From an uncultured Rhizobiaceae bacterium (GTDB lineage: Bacteria > Pseudomonadota > Alphaproteobacteria > UBA828), in the NCBI GenBank assembly GCA_964429775.1, contig CAYSDJ010000011.1:2692-66691 (forward strand): a stretch of 64,000 nucleotides of DNA, given 5' to 3'. How positions within the stretch are numbered: the first letter of the stretch is position 1; each line of letters opens with the position of its first letter. The notes beneath the pieces were generated by a model, which searched no databases, was not told the DNA's origin, and saw only the letters and a list, made by a program, of their open reading frames with translations. A program made the translations under genes and the position numbers. Shown in pieces: positions 21,691 through 30,635 of the stretch.

Positions 21691-22311
21691 TCACTTATTG
21701 CCCTCGCCCCAGACCGCGAGCACTTCATCTTTCTCGACGATTTTGGCGAACATCCAGGCCATGCCGGCGATGGCGCCGTCATAGCGCATTTGTTCGAGCT
21801 CGCCGGTGGCGTCCTTGACGACGAATACCTTGTAATCGCGCTCGCTCGCGTCGCGCACCGTCGATTCGACGCAAATATTGGTGGTGACGCCGCAGACCAC
21901 CAGCGAATCGACATCGAGGCCGTTCAGAATCGGTTCGATATTGGTGGCGTAAAAGGCGCTCGGCCGATTTTTGTCGATGACGAACTCGCCGTCGACGGGC
22001 TCGAGCAGGTCGATGATTTCGATATCCTTGGTGCCGGCGGCGAGCGAATTCACATCCTTCAATTGCGGCAGCAGATAGCGGATGACGACGCCGCCATCGG
22101 CATAATCGGCGCGGTAGACATAGCGCGTGAAAATCACCGGCACGCCGGCCCGGCGGGCGGAATCGAGCAATTCGCGGCACGGCGTCACGGCGCCAACGAG
22201 GGGTGAGATATCAAGCCCGGCGCCGGCGAGCGAGCCGTCATCGGCACAAAAGGCGTTCTGCATGTCGATGACGACCAGCGCCGTGCGCTCGGTCTTCAGC
22301 TCCATCTCCAT
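21691..22311 (-). CDS. isochorismatase-family cysteine hydrolase
   Basis: ALVVIDMQNAF start and VVCGVTTNICVEST catalytic Cys region. Confidence 0.8.
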   Translation of the reverse strand: MEMELKTERTALVVIDMQNAFCADDGSLAGAGLDISPLVGAVTPCRELLDSARRAGVPVIFTRYVYRADYADGGVVIRYLLPQLKDVNSLAAGTKDIEIIDLLEPVDGEFVIDKNRPSAFYATNIEPILNGLDVDSLVVCGVTTNICVESTVRDASERDYKVFVVKDATGELEQMRYDGAIAGMAWMFAKIVEKDEVLAVWGEGNK

Positions 22312-22321
22312 ATTTTGTTCC

Positions 22322-22364
22322 TCTAAAAGAGGCAGGGAGGGCGGCAGGCCGCCACCCTCCCTGC
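22322..22364 (-). terminator. stem-loop plus U-tract (intrinsic terminator or attenuator) after the binding-protein gene
   Basis: Minus-strand transcript GCAGGGAGGGUGGCGGCCUGCCGCCCUCCCUGC followed by UCUUUUAGAGG. The isochorismatase SD and ATG follow immediately. Confidence 0.5.
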
Positions 22365-22379
22365 GGCGCTCCCTACGCT

Positions 22380-24077
22380 TTATTTCGCCGGCTTCAAATC
22401 ATGCAGGCGAAGCGCGTTATCCGGGTGCCAGACCATGCCGGTAACGTTGGCCGCCGTCGCCCAATGGGTGCGGAATTCAAGGATCGGCACGACCGCCAAA
22501 TCCGTCATCAGCTGCTCCTGGATTGCCGCCAGCATCTCATTGCGTTTGTCGTTGTTGCCTTCAGCGAGTGAGCCGTAGAGCGTACCGTCGACCATGTCGC
22601 TCGAATAGTTGGACGAGTTGAGAATGCCGCCCTTGTTGCCCGAAACATAACTGAGGAGGGTGCCATAAGCCGCATCGACGCCAATCGGTTTGACATGCGC
22701 CGTGAGGCCCATCGGCAGGTCCTTCTTGACCAATTCCCGGTCGCCATATTGTGCCTGGGGAATTGGATCGAGCTCGACATTTATACCGACATCGCGGAAG
22801 GCGGTGTGAAGGATCGTCGCGGTCGGTCCCAATTCCGATTCGCGCTCCAGCATGTAGCTCAGTTTGAAGGCATCGGGAAATGCCTCCAATCCTGCGCCGC
22901 CCGCATAGCCGGCCTCGGCGAGCAGCGCCTTGGCCTTTTCCGGATCGTAATCATATTGCGTGCTGGTCTTGTGGAAGCCCGGATAGGTCGAAGGCACCAT
23001 GCCGGCCCACTTGTGCGCTTTGCCGAAATAGCTCGTATCGATGATTTTCTGATACGGCACCGCGTGAGCAATAGCCTGGCGCACCAAGGGGTTGTCGAAG
23101 GGCGGAGAGCTGAAATTGAGAATCATGAACATGTTCTCATTGCCCTGCACGCCGACCACGCTGACATTCTTCGCTTTCGAGAGATTGTCATATTCCTTGG
23201 GCGTCAGATGTTCGGCGATCTGAGCGCCGCCGGAGCGCAATATGGCCACGCGGTTGGCACTTTGCGGCACCTTGCGCACCACCACCCGGTCATAGACCGG
23301 GGCGCCGCGGTAATAATCCGCATTGCCGGTCATCGAAAAGCTTTCGCCCTTGCGCCACTCATTGAGACAATAGGGGCCGAAGCCGGCAATGCCGACATTG
23401 TTGGCGTAAGTATGGCTCCACGGATCGTCCTCGGTGGCGTTGGCCTCCATGGTCTCCTTGTCGAAGATATAGAGGGCAAAAATCGACAGCACCTTGAGGA
23501 ACAGCTGATTGGGTGCGGATTGGCGAATTTGCACCGTGTAATCGTCGATCTTCTTGACTTCGTCGCCGAGCTTGCGTGCTGCAGCGCCATCGTCGGTCGG
23601 TGCAAACACGGCCGGCGTGAAGCCGTCGACCGAACCGGTGCTGGCAAGGAACCAGCCGATCGGCGCGGAGCCGCTAACCGATTTTGCCCGGGCGAAGGTA
23701 TAGAGCACGTCATCGGCATTGAAGGTGGCACCGTTGCAGCCTTTCACGCCTTTGCGCAGATTGAAGGTCCAGGTCAGCGAGGCGGCGTCGAAGCTCCACG
23801 ATTCGGCAAGCCGGCCCTCGAATTTATTGAAGTCGAGAAGCTGCACACCATCCTCATTAACAGCGCCCTTGGCGTGGTAGACGAGCGGGTCGAGCATATT
23901 ATCCCAGCCCACCCAGTTGGTATCGACGGATGCGGTCGCTCCGTCATAATTCAAACTCACCGGCACTTCCTCGCTGAGGATCAGCAAATCCTCGGCATGG
24001 GCAGTGCCGCTCAGGGCCGCGCCGCCGATACCGGCGGCAGCGACAATCGATAGGACAGAACGCGGTAGCCATTTCAT
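22380..24077 (-). CDS. ABC substrate-binding protein, family 5 (peptide/opine/nickel type)
   Basis: Signal peptide plus SBP_bac_5 similarity. Confidence 0.85.
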   Translation of the reverse strand: MKWLPRSVLSIVAAAGIGGAALSGTAHAEDLLILSEEVPVSLNYDGATASVDTNWVGWDNMLDPLVYHAKGAVNEDGVQLLDFNKFEGRLAESWSFDAASLTWTFNLRKGVKGCNGATFNADDVLYTFARAKSVSGSAPIGWFLASTGSVDGFTPAVFAPTDDGAAARKLGDEVKKIDDYTVQIRQSAPNQLFLKVLSIFALYIFDKETMEANATEDDPWSHTYANNVGIAGFGPYCLNEWRKGESFSMTGNADYYRGAPVYDRVVVRKVPQSANRVAILRSGGAQIAEHLTPKEYDNLSKAKNVSVVGVQGNENMFMILNFSSPPFDNPLVRQAIAHAVPYQKIIDTSYFGKAHKWAGMVPSTYPGFHKTSTQYDYDPEKAKALLAEAGYAGGAGLEAFPDAFKLSYMLERESELGPTATILHTAFRDVGINVELDPIPQAQYGDRELVKKDLPMGLTAHVKPIGVDAAYGTLLSYVSGNKGGILNSSNYSSDMVDGTLYGSLAEGNNDKRNEMLAAIQEQLMTDLAVVPILEFRTHWATAANVTGMVWHPDNALRLHDLKPAK

Positions 24078-24210
24078 GATGCAACCTCCCCGATGGAATT
24101 TATTTCCTGTGCCGCTCCTGTCCCCGGTGGATTGGGGCTATTGACGGCTTATTTCGTTGCTTCATCCTAGCGCCAGTTGGGCTGAACGCAACAGGTATGG
24201 AGAACGAGTT

Positions 24211-25011
24211 ATGCGAGCCGTCATTATCGGGCTGGGCGCGATTGGGCGCATGATCGTGGATGGATTGGCGGGCGATGAGTCTCCGGTCCGTCTCACCGGT
24301 GTGGCCGTGCGCCCGGCGCGCGCGGCTGAGGCGCGGGCGGAATTGGCCTCCGATATCGCCGTTTTCACCTCGGCTGAGGAAGTTATCGCCGCCCGGCCCG
24401 ACATGGTGGTGGAGTGCGCCGGGCAGGCGGCGTTGCGCCAATATGGGGAATCCGTGCTCGCCGCCGGCCTCGATCTCATGGTGGTGGCGACCGGCGCGTT
24501 AGCGGATGGCGATTATCGGGTGCGCTTGATGGCGGCGGCGGAGAAGGGCGGCGCGCGTCTGCATGTACCGGCCGGCGCCACCGCCGGGCTCGACGGCCTC
24601 GGCGCGCTCAAGGCCGGCGGCCTGGACAAGGTCACCTATGTCTCGACAAAACCGAGCCATGCCTGGAAGGGCACGCCGGCCGAGCAGGCGTTTGATTTGG
24701 ATAGCCTTGGCGAGAGCACAGTGATCTATGAGGGCCGGGCCGAGGCGGCGGCGCTCGACTATCCGCAGAACGCCAACCTCGCCGCGACCATCGCGCTGGC
24801 TGGCGCCGGTTTCGACAATACCTTCGTCCGCCTGGTGGCGGATCCCCATGCGGAGGTTAATTGTGGCCGCATCGAAGCTGAGGGAAAGTTCGGCCACATG
24901 ATCATGGAAATGCGCGGCAAACCGATGGCGAGCAATCCCAAGACTTCTGCCGTAACGGCGCTGAGTTTGATTTATGCGCTGAACAAAGAAAAAAGTAGGT
25001 TTGTAATTTAG
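24211..25011 (+). CDS. aspartate dehydrogenase-family (NadX-like) NAD(P)-dependent dehydrogenase
   Basis: MRAVIIGLGAIG Rossmann start at ATG 24211; Asp-DH C-terminal domain similarity; divergent from the catabolic cluster. Confidence 0.7.
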   Translation: MRAVIIGLGAIGRMIVDGLAGDESPVRLTGVAVRPARAAEARAELASDIAVFTSAEEVIAARPDMVVECAGQAALRQYGESVLAAGLDLMVVATGALADGDYRVRLMAAAEKGGARLHVPAGATAGLDGLGALKAGGLDKVTYVSTKPSHAWKGTPAEQAFDLDSLGESTVIYEGRAEAAALDYPQNANLAATIALAGAGFDNTFVRLVADPHAEVNCGRIEAEGKFGHMIMEMRGKPMASNPKTSAVTALSLIYALNKEKSRFVI

Positions 25012-26091
25012 TTACCTGGCTTCACGCTGGAGGCTGCCGCGGATGACCAGGGCGAGGCCGACGAAGAGCAGCACCAGGGCGAGCCATATCCAGATACTAT
25101 GTGCCTCGCTGTGGATCAGCATGCCCCAGGCAATGCCGGACAAGGTGGCGATATAGTTCTGCACCGAGAAGAAGACCGGCCCGGCGAGGCGGATGATTTC
25201 GAGCAACAGCCAGAAGAAAACCGCATTGATCAGCACCACCGCGATCAAGGCCCAGTCACCGCCGGTCATGGTGCCGTCAAACCACCACCAGCCGCCGGAA
25301 GCCACCATCACCACGCCCATAATAACGGCGCCGGTCAGCAAAATCGCCGAGGCGAGGGCGAGGGAGGTTGATTCGGGTGGGCGCATAACCGCGATCAGCA
25401 CGTTGGCCATGCCGTAACAGAGCGGCGTGATAAACGAGACCAACACCCAGATCACCATGTCGGGCGAGGGCAGGCTGGTTTGCGGCAGTACGACGACGAG
25501 AACGGCGGAAAGGCCGACACCCAACCCGGCCAATTTGAACGCATTGACCTTATCGACCCGGAACAGCAGCGCGAACGCATAGGTCAGCATTGGCACCAGG
25601 GTTTGCTGCAAGCCGACGACCCCGGCGGGCAGCTTGGCGGCGACGAAATTCACCACCAGCAGCGGCACCGACATGCCGATCGAGCCCAACACGGCGTAGA
25701 CCATGAGGTGGCGCGGCGTCAGGCGCGGCGGGTGGCGGGCGAGAAACGACAGGATCAGCAATATCAGGCCGGCGCCGAGCGCCTGCCAGAACACATAGGG
25801 GATAAACGGAATGCCGTCGGTGATGGCGATGCGGTTGAGGGAGAATGTCAGGCCGAGCGATATGCCGGCGGTGAACAACATTACCGTCGGCACCAGGCTG
25901 ACATTTAACCTGGCCGGCGCGGCGGACGCCGCTTCGGCTCTGTCCGCCACCGGCACGGCCATTGATGGCTCCGCCGGCGGTTGATGCCAACGCCCGCCGC
26001 ATTTGGCGCAGCGCACTTTTCGCCCCGCCGGTCCAAGTGCCTGTGGGTCGACCTTAAAATGCGAAGCGCAAGAGGGGCAGCTGATGATCAT
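25012..26091 (-). CDS. MJ0042-type zinc-ribbon domain fused to an EamA/DMT-family 10-TM transporter
   Basis: N-term MIISCPSCASHFKV...VRCAKCGGRW (CXXC...CXXC), then ~10 hydrophobic helices. Confidence 0.7.
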   Translation of the reverse strand: MIISCPSCASHFKVDPQALGPAGRKVRCAKCGGRWHQPPAEPSMAVPVADRAEAASAAPARLNVSLVPTVMLFTAGISLGLTFSLNRIAITDGIPFIPYVFWQALGAGLILLILSFLARHPPRLTPRHLMVYAVLGSIGMSVPLLVVNFVAAKLPAGVVGLQQTLVPMLTYAFALLFRVDKVNAFKLAGLGVGLSAVLVVVLPQTSLPSPDMVIWVLVSFITPLCYGMANVLIAVMRPPESTSLALASAILLTGAVIMGVVMVASGGWWWFDGTMTGGDWALIAVVLINAVFFWLLLEIIRLAGPVFFSVQNYIATLSGIAWGMLIHSEAHSIWIWLALVLLFVGLALVIRGSLQREAR

Positions 26092-26178
26092 GGAGGCATT
26101 CGAGGCGTAAAACCGATTAGCGAATTGATTGCGCGGTTATAGTGCCTCCACAAGCCGGCCTTCGCACCAATAATGTGG

Positions 26179-26997
26179 TTATTTTGATGGAATAGATTGT
26201 TGGAGGAAATCGAGGGTGAGGCGGCCCATGCCGTGCTCGTAGAGATCGTTATGCCCGGCGTTGGGATAAATCTGCATCTGCTTCGGTTCGGATGCGGCGG
26301 CAAAGAGCTTCTTGCCGAAGCGGACTGGAATGGTGCCGTCGCGCGCGCCGTGCACGATCAGAAGCGGCGCCGCCACGCCCGCGATCTTGGCTTCCGAATC
26401 GAAGCGGTCGAGCACCAGTGGTTTCACCGGCAGGAGCGGAATGCGTGCCTGGGCGACATCGGCGATGCAGTTATAGGGCGCCTCCAGCACCACGGCGGCG
26501 GGCGCCTGCTCGGCCGCCAATTGCACGGCGACCCCGGTGCCGAGTGATTCGCCATAAAGAATAATCTCGCCGGGCGCGACGCCGGAGCTCAGCAGATAGT
26601 CCCGCGCGGCGCGCCCATCGTGATAGAGCCCATCTTCGTCCGGTTTGCCGGGGTTGCCGCTATAGCCGCGCCAGGTCGTGAGCAGCACGCCGAGGCCGGC
26701 ATCGAGATAGGGCCGCACCTTGTCGGCGCGCATGCCGATATGGCCGGCATTGCCGTGAAAATAGATCAAGGTCGGAAGGCGCGCGTCCCTGGGTGGGCGA
26801 TGCCAGGCGAGCAGGGTGAGGCCGTCACCGGTTTTGAGCGCTACTTCGGCCATCTCCGCAACCCCGCTCTCGCCCGGTGCCGGACGCTGCGAATCGGGAA
26901 AATACATCAAATGACGCTGGCTGGCGAAGACGCCGCCGAAAGCCATGCCATAAACGCCCACTCCCGCCACAATGCCGCGCCACAGCCACTCATTCAT
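26179..26997 (-). CDS. alpha/beta hydrolase
   Basis: GESLG nucleophile elbow; His near the C-terminus. Confidence 0.75.
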   Translation of the reverse strand: MNEWLWRGIVAGVGVYGMAFGGVFASQRHLMYFPDSQRPAPGESGVAEMAEVALKTGDGLTLLAWHRPPRDARLPTLIYFHGNAGHIGMRADKVRPYLDAGLGVLLTTWRGYSGNPGKPDEDGLYHDGRAARDYLLSSGVAPGEIILYGESLGTGVAVQLAAEQAPAAVVLEAPYNCIADVAQARIPLLPVKPLVLDRFDSEAKIAGVAAPLLIVHGARDGTIPVRFGKKLFAAASEPKQMQIYPNAGHNDLYEHGMGRLTLDFLQQSIPSK

Positions 26998-27015
26998 GCC
27001 GCACGTCCTGTTAAG

Positions 27016-27045
27016 AAAACACCCGGCACGATGGCCGGGTGTTTT
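27016..27045 (-). terminator. perfect 12-bp hairpin flanked by A/U tracts (bidirectional-type intrinsic terminator)
   Basis: aaaacacccggc-acgatg-gccgggtgtttt, directly after the BI-1 family gene. Confidence 0.6.
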
Positions 27046-27070
27046 GGTCTCAGGGGTATGGTCCCGTCCG

Positions 27071-27799
27071 CTATTCGCGGCTGCCGCCGAACAGCATTAG
27101 CAGCATCATGAACAGATTGATGAAGTTCAGATAGAGCGATAGCGCACCCATGATGGCTTTCTTCGTCATCACCGATTGGCCATCCGATTCGACATAGCTC
27201 TCTTTGATGCGCTGGGTGTCGTAGGCGGTAAGGCCGGTGAAGACGAGAACGCCGACGACGGAGATGACGAAATGCATCAGCGTCGACTGCATGAAGATAT
27301 TCACCACCATGGCGATGATGATGCCGATCAGGCCCATAAAGAGGAACGAGCCCCAGCGCGCCAGCGAGCGCTTGGTGGTATAGCCGTACAGGCTCATGGC
27401 GCCGAATGTGGCGGCGGTGATGAAGAACACGCGCACGATACTGGTCGCGGTATAGGTGAGGAACACGTATGACAGCGAGGCGCCCATCAGAATTGAGAAC
27501 ACCCAAAATAGTGTCTGTGCCGTGCTCGGCTTCATGCTGTTAATCTTGGCGCCCATGAAAAAGATGATGCCAAGCGGCGCAAACATGACGACAAATCCGA
27601 TGCCCGAGCCGAACAGCGCCTGATAGAGGCTGGTGTGGGCGACGACATAGGCAACGATGCCCGTGAGCGCCAGACCCGAGCCCATATAATTGTAAACCCG
27701 CAGCATATAGCTGCGCAGACCCTCATCGACCTGGGTCTGTGTCAGTGTCGTACCGAAGTTACGGCGTTCCGAGCCAGTGGCCATGGAATATGTCCTCAT
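27071..27799 (-). CDS. Bax inhibitor-1/YccA family membrane protein
   Basis: 7-TM BI-1 family similarity; alternative start at ATG 27784. Confidence 0.75.
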   Translation of the reverse strand: MRTYSMATGSERRNFGTTLTQTQVDEGLRSYMLRVYNYMGSGLALTGIVAYVVAHTSLYQALFGSGIGFVVMFAPLGIIFFMGAKINSMKPSTAQTLFWVFSILMGASLSYVFLTYTATSIVRVFFITAATFGAMSLYGYTTKRSLARWGSFLFMGLIGIIIAMVVNIFMQSTLMHFVISVVGVLVFTGLTAYDTQRIKESYVESDGQSVMTKKAIMGALSLYLNFINLFMMLLMLFGGSRE

Positions 27800-27911
27800 C
27801 TCAAAATTTTGGATTTCCTGGCCATTATATAAGGCTAAAGAGGCAGTTTTTCAACATTTCAGGTAAATTTGCCCGATCAAATTGGTCGGAATCGCGCCAA
27901 GGACAAGCCAT

Positions 27912-28472
27912 ATGCACCGTCTCTTTATCGCCATCGACATGCCGCCGGCCGTTAACCAGAGCCTGATCGGCCTGTGCCAGGGCGTGAGCGGGGCAAAATG
28001 GGCCGATATCTCGCATTTCCACTTAACGCTGCGCTTCATCGGCGATGCCGATGACGGCCTCATGCGCGATATCGAGCTCGCCCTGGCCGAAATCGAGGCG
28101 CCGGCCTTCGAACTCGCTCTGAATGGCGTCGGCTATTTCCCACCGCGCGGCCCGGCCAAAATCCTGTGGGCCGGAATCGAGCCCGAGGGCCTGCCGACCC
28201 GCTTGCGCGATCAGGTGGTTGCGGCGCTTGGCGTACTTGGCCTTGAGCCCGAGCGCCGCAAATTCGCGCCACATATTACCCTCGCCCGCTTCAAACGCGG
28301 CGCAGCGCCAGGGCAGGTCGCGGAATTTCTCAGCCGCCATGCGCTGTTTCGCACCGAGCCCTTTGCGGTCAACCAATTTCATCTCTATTCGAGCCTGTTG
28401 CGCCCGGATGGTGCGCTGCACCGCATCGAGGCGAGCTATCCGCTGGTCGATGTCGCGGCGTTTGGCGGCTAA
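27912..28472 (+). CDS. thpR: RNA 2',3'-cyclic phosphodiesterase (2H phosphoesterase, ThpR/LigT)
   Basis: Two H-x-T/S-x motifs (HLTLRF, HITLAR); start ATG 27912. Confidence 0.8.
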   Translation: MHRLFIAIDMPPAVNQSLIGLCQGVSGAKWADISHFHLTLRFIGDADDGLMRDIELALAEIEAPAFELALNGVGYFPPRGPAKILWAGIEPEGLPTRLRDQVVAALGVLGLEPERRKFAPHITLARFKRGAAPGQVAEFLSRHALFRTEPFAVNQFHLYSSLLRPDGALHRIEASYPLVDVAAFGG

Positions 28473-28867
28473 GCGGATTCCTCGATATCTTCCATGTCAT
28501 CGTCGGAGAAGCCGAAATGATGGCCGATTTCATGGATCAGCACATGGCGCACCACATCCTCGAGGCGCTCATTGTTTTCGACCCAATAATCCAACAGCGG
28601 GCGGCGATAGAGAAAGATCATGTCGATATCGTGGCGTACGTCGCTAACGCTCTTGTCGCCGATCGGCACGCCCTGATAGAGGCCGAGGAGATCGAACGAA
28701 GAATCGATCGCCATCTCGCGCATCACTTCGGCGCTGGGAAATTCCGTAACCCGGATGCGCACCTCGGCGGCGTGTTTGCGCAGCGTCTCCGGAATGGTTT
28801 CGAACACGCGCGCGGCAATTTGCTCTATATCGCCTGCGGTGGGTGGCTTGCCGTCGTGCGCGTTCAT
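28469..28867 (-). CDS. DUF1025/COG3824-like minimal Zn-metallopeptidase
   Basis: HEIGHHFG (HExxH) motif. Confidence 0.65.
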   Translation of the reverse strand: MNAHDGKPPTAGDIEQIAARVFETIPETLRKHAAEVRIRVTEFPSAEVMREMAIDSSFDLLGLYQGVPIGDKSVSDVRHDIDMIFLYRRPLLDYWVENNERLEDVVRHVLIHEIGHHFGFSDDDMEDIEESA

Positions 28868-28886
28868 TGAATCCTATCTTGGCGCC

Positions 28887-29651
28887 CTATCTCGGTGCCA
28901 TGCGCAGCGCGCCGTCGAGGCGGATCACCGTACCGTTGAGATAGCGGTTCTCGGCGATGTGCTTGGCCAGTTCGCCATATTCATTGGCATGGCCGAGGCG
29001 CTTGGGAAAGACCGTTGTCTCGACCAGAGATTGGCGCACTTCGTCGGGCAGGCCGTCCATCATTGGCGTGTCCATCAGGCCGGGCGAGATACAGTTGACG
29101 CGGATGCCCTCGCGCGCCAATTCACGCGCGAATGTGATCGTCGAGGCGGTGACGCCGCCCTTGGAGGCGGAATAATCGCCTTGCCCGATCTGGCCCTCGA
29201 AGGCGGCAATCGAGGCGGTTGTGACGATTGCGCCGCGCTCATTGTCATCCAAGGGATCCATTGCCGCCATATCGGCGGCGGCCAAGCGCATGGAGTTGAT
29301 CGTGCCGATGAGGTTGACCTGAATGGCGCCGGTCAGTTTTTCGAGTGGCGCGGCATTGCCGTCCCGGCTCACCAGCTTGGCGCCGGTGGCGATGCCGGCG
29401 CAGGCGATGAAAATACGCGCCGGACCGATGGCGTCGCGCAGGGAAGCCATCGCCGCCTCGTGGCTGGCGGCGTCGGAAACATCGCACGCGGCCGATGCGC
29501 CGCCGAGCTCACCCGCCACCTTGGCGGCCAATTCCGCGTTCATGTCAAGCACGCCGACGGTGGCGCCCGCCGCGGCGAGAATGCGCGCCGTCGCCTCGCC
29601 GAGGCCCGATGCGCCGCCGGTGATGTATGCCGTTTGGCCTTTGATCTCCAT
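28887..29651 (-). CDS. SDR-family oxidoreductase (3-hydroxyacyl-CoA dehydrogenase type II-like)
   Basis: TGGASGLG and YSASK motifs. Confidence 0.8.
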   Translation of the reverse strand: MEIKGQTAYITGGASGLGEATARILAAAGATVGVLDMNAELAAKVAGELGGASAACDVSDAASHEAAMASLRDAIGPARIFIACAGIATGAKLVSRDGNAAPLEKLTGAIQVNLIGTINSMRLAAADMAAMDPLDDNERGAIVTTASIAAFEGQIGQGDYSASKGGVTASTITFARELAREGIRVNCISPGLMDTPMMDGLPDEVRQSLVETTVFPKRLGHANEYGELAKHIAENRYLNGTVIRLDGALRMAPR

Positions 29652-29714
29652 CTCTCGTCTCCTTGGATGTGTTGTTTGCCCGCTTCATAGCAGAAGCGGG
29701 CGAATAGAATCCAA

Positions 29715-30635
29715 TCAATCCGGAATAGTGTCCGGTGTTGCCGCCTTGCGCTGCAATTTCGCTTCGCGCCGCGCGATATAGATGGCGCTCGCGGCGATCA
29801 GTGCCGCGCCTGGCCAGATCCACACGCCCGGCACCTCGCCAAAGGCGAAGTAACCGATCAAAGCGGCGAAGGGTAGGCGGGTGAAATCGAGCGGCATGAT
29901 CGAAGAGGCCTCGACCAGGGAAAGCGCGCGGGCCATGCCGAAATGGGCAATCGTGGCCAAGAAACCGATAACAAACAACCAACCCCATTCAGCCAAGCTC
30001 GGCATGGTCCAATAGGCGATGGCGGGGCCGAGGGAGAGCGGTGTCATCAGAAGATTCATGTAAAAAACGATGGCGATGGGCCGCTGGGTGCGGGTTAAGA
30101 GACGCACCAGGGCCATCGAAACGGCAAACATCAGGGCCGAAAAGATGGCCAGCAGGCTGCCCAGGCTGACGGTTTGCGCGCCCGGTTGCATGACGATCAG
30201 CACGCCGCAAAAGCCGATAATGGTGGCGGCCCAGCGGCGCACGCCGACTTTCTCGCCTAAGAGCAGAATGGCCACCGGAATCATCCATAAGGCGACGGTA
30301 AAATTGAGCGTGATGGCTTCGGCCAGTGGCGTGAAGCTGAGCGCCGAATACCACGCCCACATGGCGCAAATACCGATCACGGCGCGGATGCCATAGGCTT
30401 TCAGCGCCGGCGCCGGTGGAAATTCAAAGCCGATGCGCCACATCACCGGTAGTAGCAACACCAGGCCGATGGCGTTGCGGAAAAAGGCGATTTCAAAGGG
30501 CGATATGGTGCTCGAGAGGTCGCGGATAAGCGCCGACATGCCGGCAAAGCAGGCGCAGGTGAAGATCATCAGCAGCGATGCTTCGATCGGCGGGCTGAGC
30601 AGGCGGCTGCCTGTCGCGGATCGGTCAGATGCCAT
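29715..30635 (-). CDS. EamA/DMT-family transporter
   Basis: 10-TM, two EamA repeats. Confidence 0.75.
   Translation of the reverse strand: MASDRSATGSRLLSPPIEASLLMIFTCACFAGMSALIRDLSSTISPFEIAFFRNAIGLVLLLPVMWRIGFEFPPAPALKAYGIRAVIGICAMWAWYSALSFTPLAEAITLNFTVALWMIPVAILLLGEKVGVRRWAATIIGFCGVLIVMQPGAQTVSLGSLLAIFSALMFAVSMALVRLLTRTQRPIAIVFYMNLLMTPLSLGPAIAYWTMPSLAEWGWLFVIGFLATIAHFGMARALSLVEASSIMPLDFTRLPFAALIGYFAFGEVPGVWIWPGAALIAASAIYIARREAKLQRKAATPDTIPD

Noticed and set aside
27912-28867. ThpR (2',3'-cyclic phosphodiesterase) overlapping a small HExxH metallopeptidase as a possible RNA-repair or toxin-antitoxin module
   Set aside because: The genes are convergent rather than co-transcribed. No RNA ligase (RtcB) or kinase partner is present. 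Both families are common housekeeping singletons.
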